64,000 nt of DNA from Nemertoderma westbladi. Its lineage: Eukaryota; Animalia; Xenacoelomorpha. This document shows positions 25,076 through 39,404 of this stretch, one piece after another; the stretch's first letter is position 1, and each line of letters starts with the position of its first letter. Under the pieces are notes generated by a model. That model did not search any database. It was given only the letters and a program-made list of their open reading frames with translations, and had not been told where the DNA came from. A program made the position numbers and the translations under genes. Location of the stretch: positions 161-64,160 of the forward strand of contig JAUCBJ010005264.1 of assembly GCA_032718475.1 (NCBI GenBank), given 5' to 3'.

Positions 25076-25466
25076 CCACTTCGAAATCCTTTACTATTCC
25101 CACACAACGGTAACGGTATATCGTATTTATCCAATAATTGCGCCAATCGCATTTCCGTTCGATGTGGTGACGTCATCGCGAGAAGTGATCCAGGACTGAC
25201 GTCACTGATATCAGCAATGACGTCATTAATATTAGTGATAACTTCATTGATTCCTGTTATTATTCGGCCACCTATACGGGTCGGGAAGGCTTTGGAGATT
25301 CTGGGCTGCAGCTTTTGGTTTAGTGTTTGGGTTTCTGGGTGGGGTTTCACTTTACGCCGGTAGAGGCGCTTCGTTTTCGCGACGTCTTTTTCACTTCCGT
25401 TTGTAATTCCAGAAGCAGCCGACCCGCCCGCAGCTGATTGACTTATAAGATTCTTCTTAGTCGCAC
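25076..25466 (-). CDS. Internal exon of unidentified protein-coding gene
   Basis: Acceptor ATTTCTCCCAG|GT GCG, open 130-codon frame (ATKKNLISQS..RLAQLLDKYDIPLPLCGNSKGFRS), donor GG|GTGAGT (or A|GTGGGT); GC-richer than flanks. Confidence 0.7.
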
Positions 25467-25514
25467 CTGGGAGAAATATCGTTTAAGTTGTTCCACTAAA
25501 ACTATGTGAATAAA

Positions 25515-28500
25515 GATAGTGATATAAAGTAGTGTAGTTTATAGGACTATTATTATATAAATTAGTGTAGTTTTAGTTTAAAGGAATATAATCATATAGA
25601 GTAGTGTAGTTTATAGGACTATTATTATATAAATTAGTGTAGTTTTAGTTTAAAGGAATATAATCATATAGAGTTGTGTAGTTTATAGGACTATTATCAT
25701 ATAGAGTAGTGTACTTTATAGGACTATAATCAGATAAAGTAGTGTAGTTTATAGGACTATAATCATATTGAGTTGTGTAGTTTATAGGACTATAATCATA
25801 TAAAGTAGTGTAGTTTATAGGAATATAATCATATAAAGTAATGTAGTTTATAGGACTATTATCATATAAATTAGTGTAGTTTTAGTTTATAGGACTATAA
25901 TCATATAGAGTTGTGTAGTTTATAGGACTATATTCATATAAAGTAGTGTAGTTTATAGGACTATAATCATATAAAGTAATGTAGTTTATAGGACTATTAT
26001 CATATAGAGTAGTGTACTTTATAGGACTATAATCAGATAAAGTAGTGTAGTTTATAGGACTATAATCATATTGAGTTGTGTAGTTTATAGGACTATAATC
26101 ATATAAAGTAGTGTAGTTTATAGGAATATAATCATATAAAGTAATGTAGTTTATAGGACTATTATCATATAAATTAGTGTAGTTTTAGTTTATAGGACTA
26201 TAATCATATATAGTAGTGTAGTTTATAGGACTATTATCATATAAAGTAGTGTAGTTTATAGGACTATAATCATATAAAGTAATGTAGTTTATAGGACTAT
26301 TATCATATAAATTAGTGTAGTTTTAGTTTATAGGACTATAATCATATAGAGTAGTGTAGTTTATAGGACTATAATCATATAGAGTAGTGTACTTTATAGG
26401 ACTTTTATCATATAAATTAGTGTAGTTTTAGTTTATAGGACTATAATCATATAGAGTTGTGTAGTTTATAGGAATATAATCATATAAAGTAGTGTAGTTT
26501 ATAGGAATATAATCATATAAAGTAATGTAGTTTATAGGACTATTATCATATAAATTAGTGTAGTTTTAGTTTATAGGACTATAATCATATAGAGTTGTGT
26601 AGTTTATAGGAATATAATCATATAAAGTAATGTAGTTTATAGGAATATAATCATATAAAGTAATGTAGTTTATAGGACTATTATCATATAAATTAGTGTA
26701 GTTTTAGTTTATAGGACTATAATCATATAGAGTTGTGTAGTTTATAGGACTATAATCATATAGAGTTGTGTAGTTTATAGGAATATAATCATATAAAGTA
26801 ATGTAGTTTATAGGACTATTATCATATAAATTAGTGTAGTTTTAGTTTATAGGACTATAATCATATAGAGTAGTGTAGTTTATAGGACTATAATCATATA
26901 GAGTAGTGTAGTTTATAGGACTTTTATCATATAAATTAGTGTAGTTTTAGTTTATAGGACTATAATCATATAGAGTTGTGTAGTTTATAGGAATATAATC
27001 ATATAAAGTAATGTAGTTTATAGGACTATTATCATATAAATTAGTGTAGTTTTAGTTTATAGGACTATAATCATATAGAGTTGTGTAGTTTATAGGACTA
27101 TAATCATATAGAGTAGTGTAGTTTATAGGACTATAATCATATAAAGTAGTGTAGTTTATAGGACTATAATCATATAAAGTAGTGTAGTTTTTAGGACTAT
27201 AATCCTATAAAGTAGTGTAGTTTATAGGACCGTAATCATATAAAGTATGTAGTTTATATGACTATAATCATATAAAGTAGTGCAGTTTATAGGACTATTA
27301 TCATATAGAGCAGTGTACTTTATAGGACTACAATCATATAAAGTAGTGTAGTTTATAGGACTATAATCATAAAAAGTAGTGTAGTGTATATGACTATAAT
27401 CATATAAAGTAGTCTAGTTTATAGGACTATAATCATATAGAGTAGTGTACTTTATAGGACTATAATCATATAAATCAGTGTAGTTTATAGGACTATAATC
27501 CTATAAAGTAGTGTAGTTTATAGGACCGTAATCATATAAAGTATGTAGTTTATATGACTATAATCATATAAAGTAGTGTAGTTTATAGGACTATTATCAT
27601 ATAGAGCAGTGTACTTTATAGGACTATAATCATATAAAGTAGTGTAGTTTATAGGACTATAATCATATAAAGTAGTGTAGTTTATATGACTATAATCATA
27701 TAAATCAGTGTATTTTTTAGGACTATAATCCTATAAAGTAGTGTAGTTTATAGGAACGTAATCATATAAAGTATGTAGTTTATATGACTATAATCATATA
27801 AAGTAGTGTAGTTTATAGGACTATTATCATATAGAGCAGTGTACTTTATAGGACTATAATCATATAAAGTAGTGTAGTTTATAGGACTATAATCATATAA
27901 AGTAGTGTAGTTTACATGACTGTAATCATATAAAATAGTCTAGTTTATAGGACTATAATCATATAGAGTAGTGTACTTTATAGGACTATAATCATATAAA
28001 TCAGTGTAGTTTATAGGACTATAATCCTATAAAGTAGTGTAGTTTATAGGACCGTAATCATATAAAGTATGTAGTTATTATGACTATAATCATATAACGT
28101 AGTGTAGTTTATTGGACTATAATCATATAGAGTAGTGTAGTTTATAAGACTATTATCATATAAATTAGTGTAGTTTTAGTTTATAGGACTATAATCGTAT
28201 AGAGCAGTGTAGTTTATAGGACAGTTATAGAGGACTATTATCATATAAAATAGTGTAGTTTTAGTTTATAGGACTATAATCATATAGAGTAGTGTAGTTT
28301 ATAGGACAGTTATAGAGGACTATTATCATATAAAATAGTGTAGTTTTAGTTTATAGGACTATAATCATATAGAGTAGTGTAGTTTATAGGACTATAATCA
28401 TATAAGGTAGTGTAGTTTATAGGACTATAATCATATAAAGTAGTGTAGTTTATAGGACTATTATCATATAGAGTAGTGTACTTTATAGGACTATAATCAT

Positions 28501-28987
28501 ATAAATCAGTGTAGTTTATAGGACTATAATCCTATAAAGTAGTGTAGTTTATAGGACCGTAATCATATAAAGTATGTAGTTTATATGACTATAATCATAT
28601 AGAGTAGTGTAGTTTATAGGACTATAATCATATAAGGTAGTGTAGTTTATTGGACTATAATCATATAGAGTAGTGTAGTTTATAGGACTTTTATCATATA
28701 AATTAGTGTAGTTTTAGTTTATAGGACTATAATCATATAGAGCAGTGTAGTTTATAGGACAGTTATAGAGGACTATTATCATATAAAATAGTGTAGTTTT
28801 AGTTTATAGGACTATAATCATATAGAGTAGTGTAGTTTATAGGACTATAATCATATAAGGTAGTGTAGTTTATAGGACTATAATCATATAAAGTAGTGTA
28901 GTTTATAAGACTATAATAATATAGAGTAGTGTAGTTTATAGGACTATAATCATATAGAGTAGTGTAGTTTATAGGACTATAATCATT
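25515..28987. repeat. 33-bp satellite (TAGTGTAGTTTATAGGACTATAATCATATAAAG), left block
   Basis: ~100 copies with 38-bp variants. Confidence 0.98.
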
Positions 28988-29165
28988 AGAGATGTGCCGC
29001 ATTGACCTTTTTCAAACCGGCCAGGCCGGAACCGGAGCCGGATTTGTAAAAAAAATCCGGCCGGAATTCCAGCCAAAGCCGGATTATTAGTCAGCTCAGC
29101 ATGTCGATGGTAGATAGTCATAATATGATAGCTCTGCTTTAGACTTTATCACAATTCATAATATG
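28988..29165 (+). mobile_element. hAT-like left terminus fragment
   Basis: Begins TAGAGATGTGCCG with clustered CCGG subterminal repeats. A similar right end (..ggatacatcccta) is at 52095-52137. Confidence 0.55.
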
Positions 29166-30300
29166 TGTGACGGGGTGTGTTGCTTTTGGGTTACACGCGT
29201 CGTAGCGTCCATAGGCTGCTGAAAGGCTGAATGGTATCCGAAGGCCAAAAGCCGGTTGAACAACTGAGTTTTAGTGGCAGTTGTTCGTAATGTCAGAATA
29301 TAATAATAGCACAATCAGAATATAATAGCACAGTTAATGACGACGGTTAAAACCGTCTTGCTTCCCAACTCTACACAGACTAACTGAATAATAAGTTATA
29401 AGTGTAACAGTTATATTACTAGCACATATTGAAAATTCCTACTGCTCTACGTGGCCTAGCCAATGAATGCACTCCAATCAGATGGTATTCTGTCCCATCA
29501 TTGGCTATCCTATTAATCTCTCCATTGGCACTCCCTGCTGCCATTATCCCTACGTGCTAGCCACTTTGTCTCCTTGAGATGGTTTATTGCCTCTCATCTC
29601 TCTGCCAACGTTTCGTACGAATATTCCCCTTTATGTGCCAATTTGCCCCTGATTCTTCAGTGCTGTGTTCACTACCCAACCTCAACTAACAGGCTATAAC
29701 TCTATCTACTACTCAACTACTATGTAAGTAATTCATCACTATTTGTCTACAGAGAAGACTAGCTACAATTTTCTTACTCTTGTACTAGCTTCCTACCATA
29801 CAACTTTCTGGCCATGTAGCAATACTCTCTGCACCACGGGCTATGCGCTACAGTAGTCTAGTTCGTGTGGTCTACATGGTCTATTCTACTACGCCTACAT
29901 ACCCCCTTCAAATGTTGGAACATTGTGCCCATCAGATGTACGCAATGTATACCCTTCCAATCATGTCTATGGTACCATGTACCCTTCTAATATGGTATGC
30001 ATACATACATACCCCCCTCAACTCCTCACGTGGCGCCCTAAGTGCCCACAGTAGTACGTATTACGTGTTATTATTGGTCCCATTGACCCGGCATGTGGTG
30101 CGTATGTAAACTAGGTACATTGGCACATTTTGTACCCGTCCAATGTACGTAATTGTAACTACCTACACCTAAATATTATGTACGTTGGTACGTCCATACC
30201 CATCAGACGTACATAATGTCTACCTAAAGTGTACCATGGTACTACAACTTATTTATTTTTAATTTTTATTGTTTTGTGTGTGAAGGGCGTCTCGCTCTCA
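29166..30300 (-). mobile_element. 3' LTR (~1.13 kb) of BEL/Pao element
   Basis: Minus strand: polypurine tract GAGGGGGGTGGGAA directly followed by TGAGAGCG...; ends ..CGTCACA. Confidence 0.7.
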
Positions 30301-32941
30301 TTCCCACCCCCCTCAGTCCAATATATTGGACGACTCAACTAATTAGGGCGATTTCCTCCAATAGGCAACACTTCCCTACCGCCCTCCTGTAGGTCTTCCT
30401 ATCTTTGGCCCCTATTTTACCTCCGATCCTCACCTCCACGGATCTAATCCTTACATCCTCGCCGGGGTAGCAATCAATACTAGAATGCCTCCTGCTGTTA
30501 TATAAATCTTCATCCTGGAGATTGGCCATTTCTTCATAAAATCCCTCTTTTGGTAGTTGATTGCAACTCTTGGTTCTCTTCTTATTGGTAGGTTTCATAT
30601 CCACATCTGGCCCACTGACATCACATCTTGCCATATGACCCCTCACTGCCCCCCCCCCTTTTCTTCTGTCTCAGGTCTAACCTTCCCGCTGTCTCATAGA
30701 ATTCGCCATTGTCTTTTAGCGGCAGAATGCCACCCTTCATCTCATCGTCACTTGTACATTCCACCTCTGCTGGCCTCCCCCTCAATATATGCGCTGGCAT
30801 TAAAGCCCCCGATGACCCTTGGTCATCATTCGGTACGCAAAATGGTTTAACATGTAATGCCCCCTCGCACTCTGCCAGCCCCATGTTCAACACGTCACCT
30901 CTAACTTTCCCGTTCCCATCACCCTTCATCTTCAACTTCTCTCCCTTTGGATCAATCCTCTTACATCCTCTCCCTTTCCATCTTGTCTTCTTATTCGACC
31001 TCCTCAGTATCAGTATGCTTCTTAATTTGACTGGCGTCTCTTCCGGACATCTCTCAGATATCTCGCCATCCACTCTTCTCCATCCTCATACAGATACTCG
31101 CCAGGAACATCCGTGTTCCATCCCATTGCTTCTAGGTCCTGTGCATCGAACCCATTCTCCTCCACCCAATCTCTTGCTGTAGCTCCTCCTCCTGGCTCCT
31201 CGATCGGTGGTATTTCTCTGGACTCATCCCCCACCCTTGCCATTATGTGTGGTTTCAGATCCATACCCGTCCTCGACTCCTGGAATCCTACCCTGGGCTG
31301 CTTCTCATATGGGACCTCCCCATATCCCGTCTTTGACTTCTGCTCGGGCCACTTCCCATATGGGACCTCCCCATCGCCCGTCTTTGGCTTCTGCTCTATG
31401 TCCTCAATGGTACTGGACAGCATGTATCCAGATGTTTCGGATACGCTAAATGGGGTCCTAGTCTTTATTGGGCCACTGAGCGTCCACCCGAATGGCATGA
31501 GAATGGCCACCGGGTCTTGCTTTATGTCATCGCCGAAAATGGTTTGTAGTCTCTCATGGGCCGTCGGACAGTCCATGCTGACTATGAGAGACACTTTCGG
31601 GACATCTAGTTCGGGTATGGAAAAGTCGATGCCGTCCAGGTACCGGTATTGCTAGATCTCGATTTTTGTAGGTCGCCTAGCGTTGATGTTGATCGACTCT
31701 ATTATTTGGATGGGTTTGATGGTAGCCCCATAGTCGCACCCTGGTGTTATTGCTCCACTTTTACACTGCCCCGTCCTCATCTTCATGACCTCGTTTTTAC
31801 GTGAGATCGTGGTCACTGCCATTTTACTTGGCCTGGTTTGTAATCCTATCTTCTCGGCCACCCAACTCTCCATTAGCAGGAACGCTGCTCCACTATCGAC
31901 CAACATTAGTGTTGTAACCGATAGTCCGTTTTCCCTAATTATTCTCACTGGTACTACTCCGAGTAGTACCGTTCTCTTCCTCCTTGCTCCCATGGTGCTC
32001 GTCGCCATCGTCTGGCCTCCAGTTCCATCAGTCTCGGCATACCTGATCGGTGGTTCTTGACATTCATCCTTCCTGTGTCCTCCTACCGCGCATCGGTGAC
32101 ATTGTCCATTCTTTCCAGTATAGGCTATCCAATCTTGTTTAAGTAATGCCTGCCAATGCTTACAGTCTATGGTCTTATAGGTCCCATTTCTATGCAATTG
32201 ACATTTGTAATCAGGGTTGTAGCGTTCCTCATATAGCGCATCGCGTATTGCGCTTAGATTCATATCTAGTGGTTTAGTGTTTTGGTTGCTTGGACTCGGC
32301 CTACTGGGGGTATTGGGTTTGTATCTATTGGTGTTGTTGCTTTGTTTCTGTCCCTGCCACGATGTGGCTCTACTCCCATCTCTCTGTGGACTTGTAGTCC
32401 CCTGCGTGGCCGCATGCGGTAGCGACTGCCTCACTTTCAGAAATGCATCCGCCGCACTATGTTACGGTTTAGGTCAGCTGCATTCCGCTTTCGGTACTTT
32501 GCCTAGACTGTCCTCACTATAGACTAGATCCGTTATCAACTCTGCCTTGTTGTTAAGGAAGTTCGACATATCCTCCAACCCTGGCTCCACACCCTTCTTC
32601 TCCCGAGTTGAGAAAGCGATCTTTCTCCATTTGTTCTTTAACCAAATCGGTAGTGCCTGCACTATGATTGTGATGTTGTTCGATGCATTGAGTTCGTACG
32701 GTGCATCTAGAGTCTTTAAGACTATCAGCGCCTTCTCCACCTTGTTGGCGAAGGTCTTGATGCTAACAGGGTTATCTGCAAGTCCGCCTGATGTTATTCC
32801 CCTTAAGGTTTGTCGGATAATCTTCGCAGGATGGCCAAATTCCCTGTCCAGGGCTCTCCACGCAGTTGTAAATCCTCCTTCAATTCCTTAGTATTGCCTC
32901 ATGATGTCGTAGGCTGGCCCCCATGTATAGACTTGTAGATA
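30301..32941 (-). mobile_element. BEL/Pao LTR retrotransposon internal remnant: gag, protease, integrase C-terminal tail
   Basis: Gag (AW..L..EFGHP; IVQALPIWLKNKW), zinc knuckle CHRC..GH...C, protease LVDSGA, VAILMPFGWTLSGP, C-terminal YPGEDVRIRSVEVR..YRRAVGKCCLL. Several stops; no RT/RNase H/DDE motifs seen. Confidence 0.85.
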
Positions 32942-35900
32942 TTAGTTTATATGACTATAATCATATAGAGTAGTGTAGTTTATATGACTATAATCATATA
33001 AAGTAGTGTAGTTAATAGGACTATAATCATATAAAGTAGTGTAGTTTATATGACTATAATCATATAAAGTAGTGTAGTTTATATGACTATAATCATATAG
33101 AGTAGTGTAGTTAATAGGACTATAATCATATAAAGTAGTGTAGTTTATATGACTATAATCATATAAAGTAGTGTGGTTAATAGGACTATAATCATGTAAA
33201 GTAGTGTAGTTTATAGGACTATAATCATATAAAGTAGTGTAGTTTATAGGACTATTATCATATAGAGTAGTGTACTTTATAGGACTATAATCATATAGAG
33301 TAGTGTAGTTCATAGGACTATAATCATGTAAAGTACCGGTAGTGTAGTTTATAGGACTATAATCATATAGAGTAGTGTACTTTATAGGACTATAATCATA
33401 TAGAGTTGTGTAGTTTATAGGACTATAATCATATAGAGTAGTGTAGTTAATAGGACTATAATCATATAAAGTAGTGTAGTTTATATGACTATAATCATAT
33501 AAAGTAGTGTAGTTTATAGGACTATTATCATATAGAGTAGTGTACTTTATAGGACTATAATCATATAGAGTAGTGTAGTTCATAGGACTATAATCATGTA
33601 AAGTACCGGTAGTGTAGTTTATAGGACTATAATCATATAGAGTAGTGTACTTTATAGGACTATAATCATATAGAGTAGTGTAGTTAATAGGACTATAATC
33701 ATATAAAGTAGTGTAGTTTATATGACTATAATCATATAAAGTAGTGTAGTTAATAGGACTATAATCATGTAAAGTAGTGTAGTTTATAGGACTATAATCA
33801 TATAAAGTAGTGTAGTTTATAGGACTATTATCATATAGAGTAGTGTACTTTATAGGACTATAATCATATAGAGTAGTGTAGTTCATAGGACTATAATCAT
33901 GTAAAGTACCGGTAGTGTAGTTCATAGGACTATAATCATGTAAAGTACCGGTAGTGTAGTTTATAGGACTATAATCATATAGAGTAGTGTAGTTTATAGG
34001 ACTATAATCATATAGAGTTGTGTAGTTTATAGGACTATAATCATATAGAGTTGTGTAGTTTATAGGACTATAATCATATAAAGTAGTGTAGTTTATAGGA
34101 CTATAATCATATAGAGTAGTGTAGTTTATAGGACTATAGTCATGTAAAGTAGTGTAGTTTATTGGACTATAATCATATAGAGTTGTGTAGTTTATAGGAC
34201 TATAATCATATAAAGTAGTGTAGTTTATAGGACTATAATCATATAGAGTAGTGTAGTTTATAGGACTATAGTCATGTAAAGTAGTGTAGTTTATTGGACT
34301 ATAATCATATAAAGTAGTGTAGTTTATAGGACTATTATCATATAGAGTAGTGTACTTTATAGGACTATAATCATATAGAGTAGTGTAGTTCATAGGACTA
34401 TAATCATATAGAGTAGTGTACTTTATAGGACTATAATCATATAAAGTAGTGTAGTTTATAGGACTATAATCATATAAAGTAGTGTAGTTTATAGGACTAT
34501 AATCATATAGAGTAGTGTAGTTTGTAGGACTATAATCATGTAAAGTAGTGTAGTTTATAGGACTATTATTATATAAATTAGTGTAGTTTTAGTTTATAGG
34601 ACTATAATCATATAGAGTAGTGTAGTTCATAGGACTATAATCATGTAAAGTAGTGTAGTTTATAGGACTATAATCATATAAAGTAGTGTAGTTTATAGGA
34701 CTATAATCATAAAAAGTAGTGTAGTTCATAGGACTATAATCATGTAAAGTAGTGTAGTTTATAGGACTATAATCATATAAAGTAGTGTAGTTTATAGGAC
34801 TATAATCATAAAAAGTAGTGTAGTTCATAGGACTATAATCATATAAAGTAGTGTAATTTATAGGACTATAATCATATAGAGTAGTGTACTTTATAGGACT
34901 ATAATCATATAAAGTAGTGTAGTTTATAGGACTATAATCATATAAAGTAGTGTAGTTTATAGGACTATAATCATATAGAGTAGTGTAGTTTGTAGGACTA
35001 TAATCATGTAAAGTAGTGTAGTTTATAGGACTATTATTATATAAATTAGTGTAGTTTTAGTTTATAGGACTATAATCATATAGAGTAGTGTAGTTTATAG
35101 GACTATAATCATATAAATCAGTGTAGTTCATAGGACTATAATCATGTAAAGTAGTGTAGTTTATAGGAATATAATCATATAAAGTAGTGTAGTTTATAGG
35201 ACTATAATCATAAAAAGTAGTGTAGTTCATAGGACTATTATTATATAAATTAGTGTAGTTTTAGTTTATAGGACTATAATCATATAGAGTAGTGTAGTTT
35301 ATAGGACTATAATCATATAAATCAGTGTAGTTCATAGGACTATAATCATGTAAAGTAGTGTAGTTTATAGGACTATTATTATATAAATTAGTGTAGTTTT
35401 AGTTTATAGGACTATAATCATATAGAGTAGTGTAGTTCATAGGACTATAATCATGTAAAGTAGTGTAGTTTATAGGAATATAATCATATAAAGTAGTGTA
35501 GTTTATAGGACTATAATCATAAAAAGTAGTGTAGTTCATAGGACTATTATTATATAAATTAGTGTAGTTTTAGTTTATAGGACTATAATCATATAGAGTA
35601 GTGTAGTTTATAGGACTATAATCATATAAATCAGTGTAGTTCATAGGACTATAATCATGTAAAGTAGTGTAGTTTATAGGACTATTATTATATAAATTAG
35701 TGTAGTTTTAGTTTATAGGACTATAATCATATAGAGTAGTGTAGTTCATAGGACTATAATCATGTAAAGTAGTGTAGTTTATAGGACTATAATCATATAA
35801 AGTAGTGTAGTTTATAGGACTATAATCATAAAAAGTAGTGTAGTTTATAGGAATATAATCATATAAAGTAGTGTAGTTTATATGACTATAATCATATAAA

Positions 35901-36718
35901 GTAGTGTAGTTAATAGGACTATAATCATGTAAAGTAGTGTAGTTTATAGGACTATAATCATGTAAAGTACCGGTAGTGTAGTTTATAGGACTATAATCAT
36001 ATAGAGTAGTGTACTTTATAGGACTATAATCATATAAAGTAGTGTAGTTTATAGGACTATAATCATATAGAGTAGTGTAGTTTATAGGACTATAGTCATG
36101 TAAAGTAGTGTAGTTTATTGGACTATAATCATATAAAGTAGTGTAGTTTATAGGACTATTATCATATAGAGTAGTGTACTTTATAGGACTATAATCATAT
36201 AGAGTAGTGTAGTTCATAGGACTATAATCATATAGAGTAGTGTACTTTATAGGACTATAATCATATAAAGTAGTGTAGTTTATAGGACTATAATCATATA
36301 AAGTAGTGTAGTTTATAGGACTATAATCATATAGAGTAGTGTAGTTTGTAGGACTATAATCATGTAAAGTAGTTTAGTTTATAGGACTATTATTATATAA
36401 ATTAGTGTAGTTTTAGTTTATAGGACTATAATCATATAGAGTAGTGTAGTTTGTAGGACTATAATCATGTAAAGTAGTGTAGTTTATAGGACTATTATTA
36501 TATAAATTAGTGTAGTTTTAGTTTATAGGACTATAATCATATAGAGTAGTGTAGTTTATAGGACTATAATCATATAAAGTAGTGTAATTTATAGGACTAT
36601 AATCATATAGAGTAGTGTAGTTTGTAGGACTATAATCATGTAAAGTAGTGTAGTTTATATGACTATAATCATATAAAGTAGTGTAGTTTATAGGACTATA
36701 ATCATATATAGTTGTGTA
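32942..36718. repeat. 33-bp satellite, right block
   Basis: ~110 copies; source of the NYTTLYDYSPI ORFs. Confidence 0.98.
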
Positions 36719-36856
36719 TCTTCAGGAATTAAAACAGAAACCTCAAAACTGATTCATTTTTTAAATATAAAATATATATATGATCCCAAACCCCATTGAG
36801 TTTGTATTTATATTAATTATTGATTAATTAATTATATGATATGTAATTATTCTAAC

Positions 36857-37034
36857 GTCTATCTCGTTTTTTATTCTTCTTGGAATCCGGTAAAGTTTCC
36901 AGGATTTCGGCGAGGTTTACGTCTACCGACTGCAGGACATCGCTACGCTCGTCCACCACCCCAGTGGGATTCTTGGTTAGGAACCTGAGGGAGTCGCAGG
37001 TCTCCGAACTCCGCGGAATATCTTCACCAGGTTT
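36857..37034 (-). CDS. Internal exon of unidentified protein-coding gene
   Basis: Acceptor ..CTCGATAG|AAA CCT; 59 open codons KPGEDIPRSSETCDSLRFL..SKKNKKRDR + C|GTTAGA; phase 1 joins the 25466 exon in frame (CGT GCG ACT). Confidence 0.65.
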
Positions 37035-38792
37035 CTATCGAGTTAAGTAAAGTAATTTACAGGATATTATAAAGTGATTCTTTGGAACGATTAAGAAGAA
37101 GACGTAGAGATGTGACTTATTTATTCGTGTTGGTTGACTGCCCGTCCCTAAGGTGACTGATCTGATATACTGTGGGCTTAGTTCTGTATATTGTTACGAG
37201 ATCGAATTACATGTTCCCCTAAGCTTTTATGAGTTGTAGGTTTGTAGAATAGGAACAGCGGGGATTATTTATATATATATTTGACGTTTGACTTGGCACA
37301 GTGAATGCAACCCTGGGAGTAAGTGAGTAACTAATTATTGTAACTAACCTTATTAGTTTGGGCGTTATTGCTATTTGGATTCCCGTTATAACAACATCTG
37401 TACTGCCCATAAACTACATGTGAGTCCCAAAGTGTCAACGTTTGATCTCTTTCGTTGCAAATAATGGGATCACCTATTAATTATATTATATGGGTAATAT
37501 CAATTAAACCTTCAAATTAATTATGTTTAGAATATTAACACGCTATGATAAATGAAGAAAGCTGCTTGTACTGTTAGTTGATTGCAGCCATTGCTTGTGT
37601 TTTATTTCCATAATGTTTTGATTTTAATGAGGGAATAAATATAATTGTTGATACTCTAAAATCGCCCTCGATGGTCTGGATTGGATGGGTACCCAGCAAA
37701 CTTAATGTATGATACTGCAGCTCGGTTTGTTTATGTTTCACCTTATGAAGAATTTAATAAATTCGAAACATTTTTTTTTATTTTTCATAGGCCTATGCTC
37801 CATAACTCAATGATATACTTACCTTGCAAAGACCAAAGAATGCAGGGCAGACATTCTAGCTCTGTAGTCTTATATACAGGCATATTGCTTTGGTATTTAG
37901 TGTTATAGTTGAATGAGTGCATAGTCTACCACCATGGGGTAGTCTAGAGGATATCGTCTGTCGCATGCTGACACTGACTATGACATACCGGTACCCATTA
38001 CCATGTTACCGGTACTACTGTAAAAATAGTATACCTTTATTATTACTGCAGAAGGTACTGTAGTACAGGTCGAAATTAATACTAACGAAATACTGAAATA
38101 GGCTAACCGCTAGGCTACAGACAGACCAATACTATGCACATAATTATTATGTACGCTACGGTAAGTCAATGTAGGCCTACAATTAGTAGCATTGAAACAG
38201 TGAAGATTCCCAATTTAAAAAGTAATAACTACAAGCGCAGTGACTTGCCCTATATTCTGTGTATAGGCCTAGGCCTATGCCTATCTCTACCGTACGGTAC
38301 GCCGGTACCAATAGAGAGTGTTTTCACAATTATTTTTACTTACGGTTCTAAGTAACACAACCATATTTATTTACTTTCGGTTTGAAGCTACGGTCAGACA
38401 CTCTGGTACCACAATCCCCGCTTATACATAGTACAGTAGCAGTAGGCCTACACTATCGTTGATAATGTTATAGTACCTGACAAAACTGAAATTAAACGTT
38501 CCTTATGTTCCGCTACGCTACAGTCCGCTTCGCGGACTTCAGCTGGGCCCCACTCCAGCCCTCTCGCAGGATTTCATTTTGAGGGTGGTTAACCATACTT
38601 CCCGACTTTTTATGTGTGATTGTTATTCCTGCATGAACAAAATACTAAAATAAATTTTAGTTTGCAAAGGCTTTCTTACGTATTTCTTAAATATCAAAGC
38701 TTATACTTTATAATATACAGTATAATAGGCGGCTACGGTTCCGTACTGTATGTATTTCTAGAATTAAAAAAAAGTAAACGAAATGGAGCCCG

Positions 38793-39304
38793 TACGGAGC
38801 CCCTAAAGGGACATTTTGAAAAAAGAATTATCTAGAGCGATAATTATTAGATAATTATTAAGAGCGTACTAGATAATTATTAAGAGCGTACTAGATAATT
38901 ATTAAGAGCGTACTAGATAATTATTAAGAGCGTACTAGATAATTATTAAGAGCGCTCTTAATAATTATCTAGAGCGCTCTAGCAGTCTAAATAATTATTA
39001 AGAGCGCACTAGATAATAATATTTCTGATTTCATTGGTGGGAATGATTTGGTGGGAAGTTTAAATTGCTTAATCTGGAACTGCTGATTACGAAGCGCTTA
39101 ATGGAAGGCAATTGTTGCTGATTGCTGAATTCTGCTGTAGGCCTACTAGTAGTACTCTATTTTAGGGTAGACTTCCTTTCTATAAACCAGGCTTATTTGT
39201 TATTTATTATCAAGTACGCTCTAAGTAATTACCTAGTGCGCTCATAATAATATCTAGAGCGCTCTATAAATTTTTTTTCAAAATGTCCCTTTAGGGGCTC
39301 CGTA
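38793..39304. mobile_element. IS3EU-like MITE (TACGG..CCGTA termini, 6-bp TSD)
   Basis: TIR tacggagcccctaaagggacattttgaaaaaa; TSD AGCCCG at 38787-38792 and 39305-39310; internal 22-bp repeats ctagataattattaagagcgta. Confidence 0.85.
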
Positions 39305-39404
39305 AGCCCGGGTAGTTAATAATATAATAATATACAGTATAATAATTAATAATGACAATAAAATTAGAAATAAGTCAGTAGATATGTATATTTCACTATA
39401 AACC

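Noticed and set aside
24254-25363. 369-aa extensin-like Pro-rich ORF
   Set aside because: C-rich minisatellite plus the antisense of a probable minus-strand exon; no ATG start.
32942-36217. NYTTLYDYSPI repeat ORFs
   Set aside because: 33-bp satellite with frequent frame-breaking 38-bp units.
37035-37350. Possible 26-36-nt mini-introns (GT..AG) on the minus strand
   Set aside because: The joins I tried gave in-frame stops; cannot be supported without RNA data.
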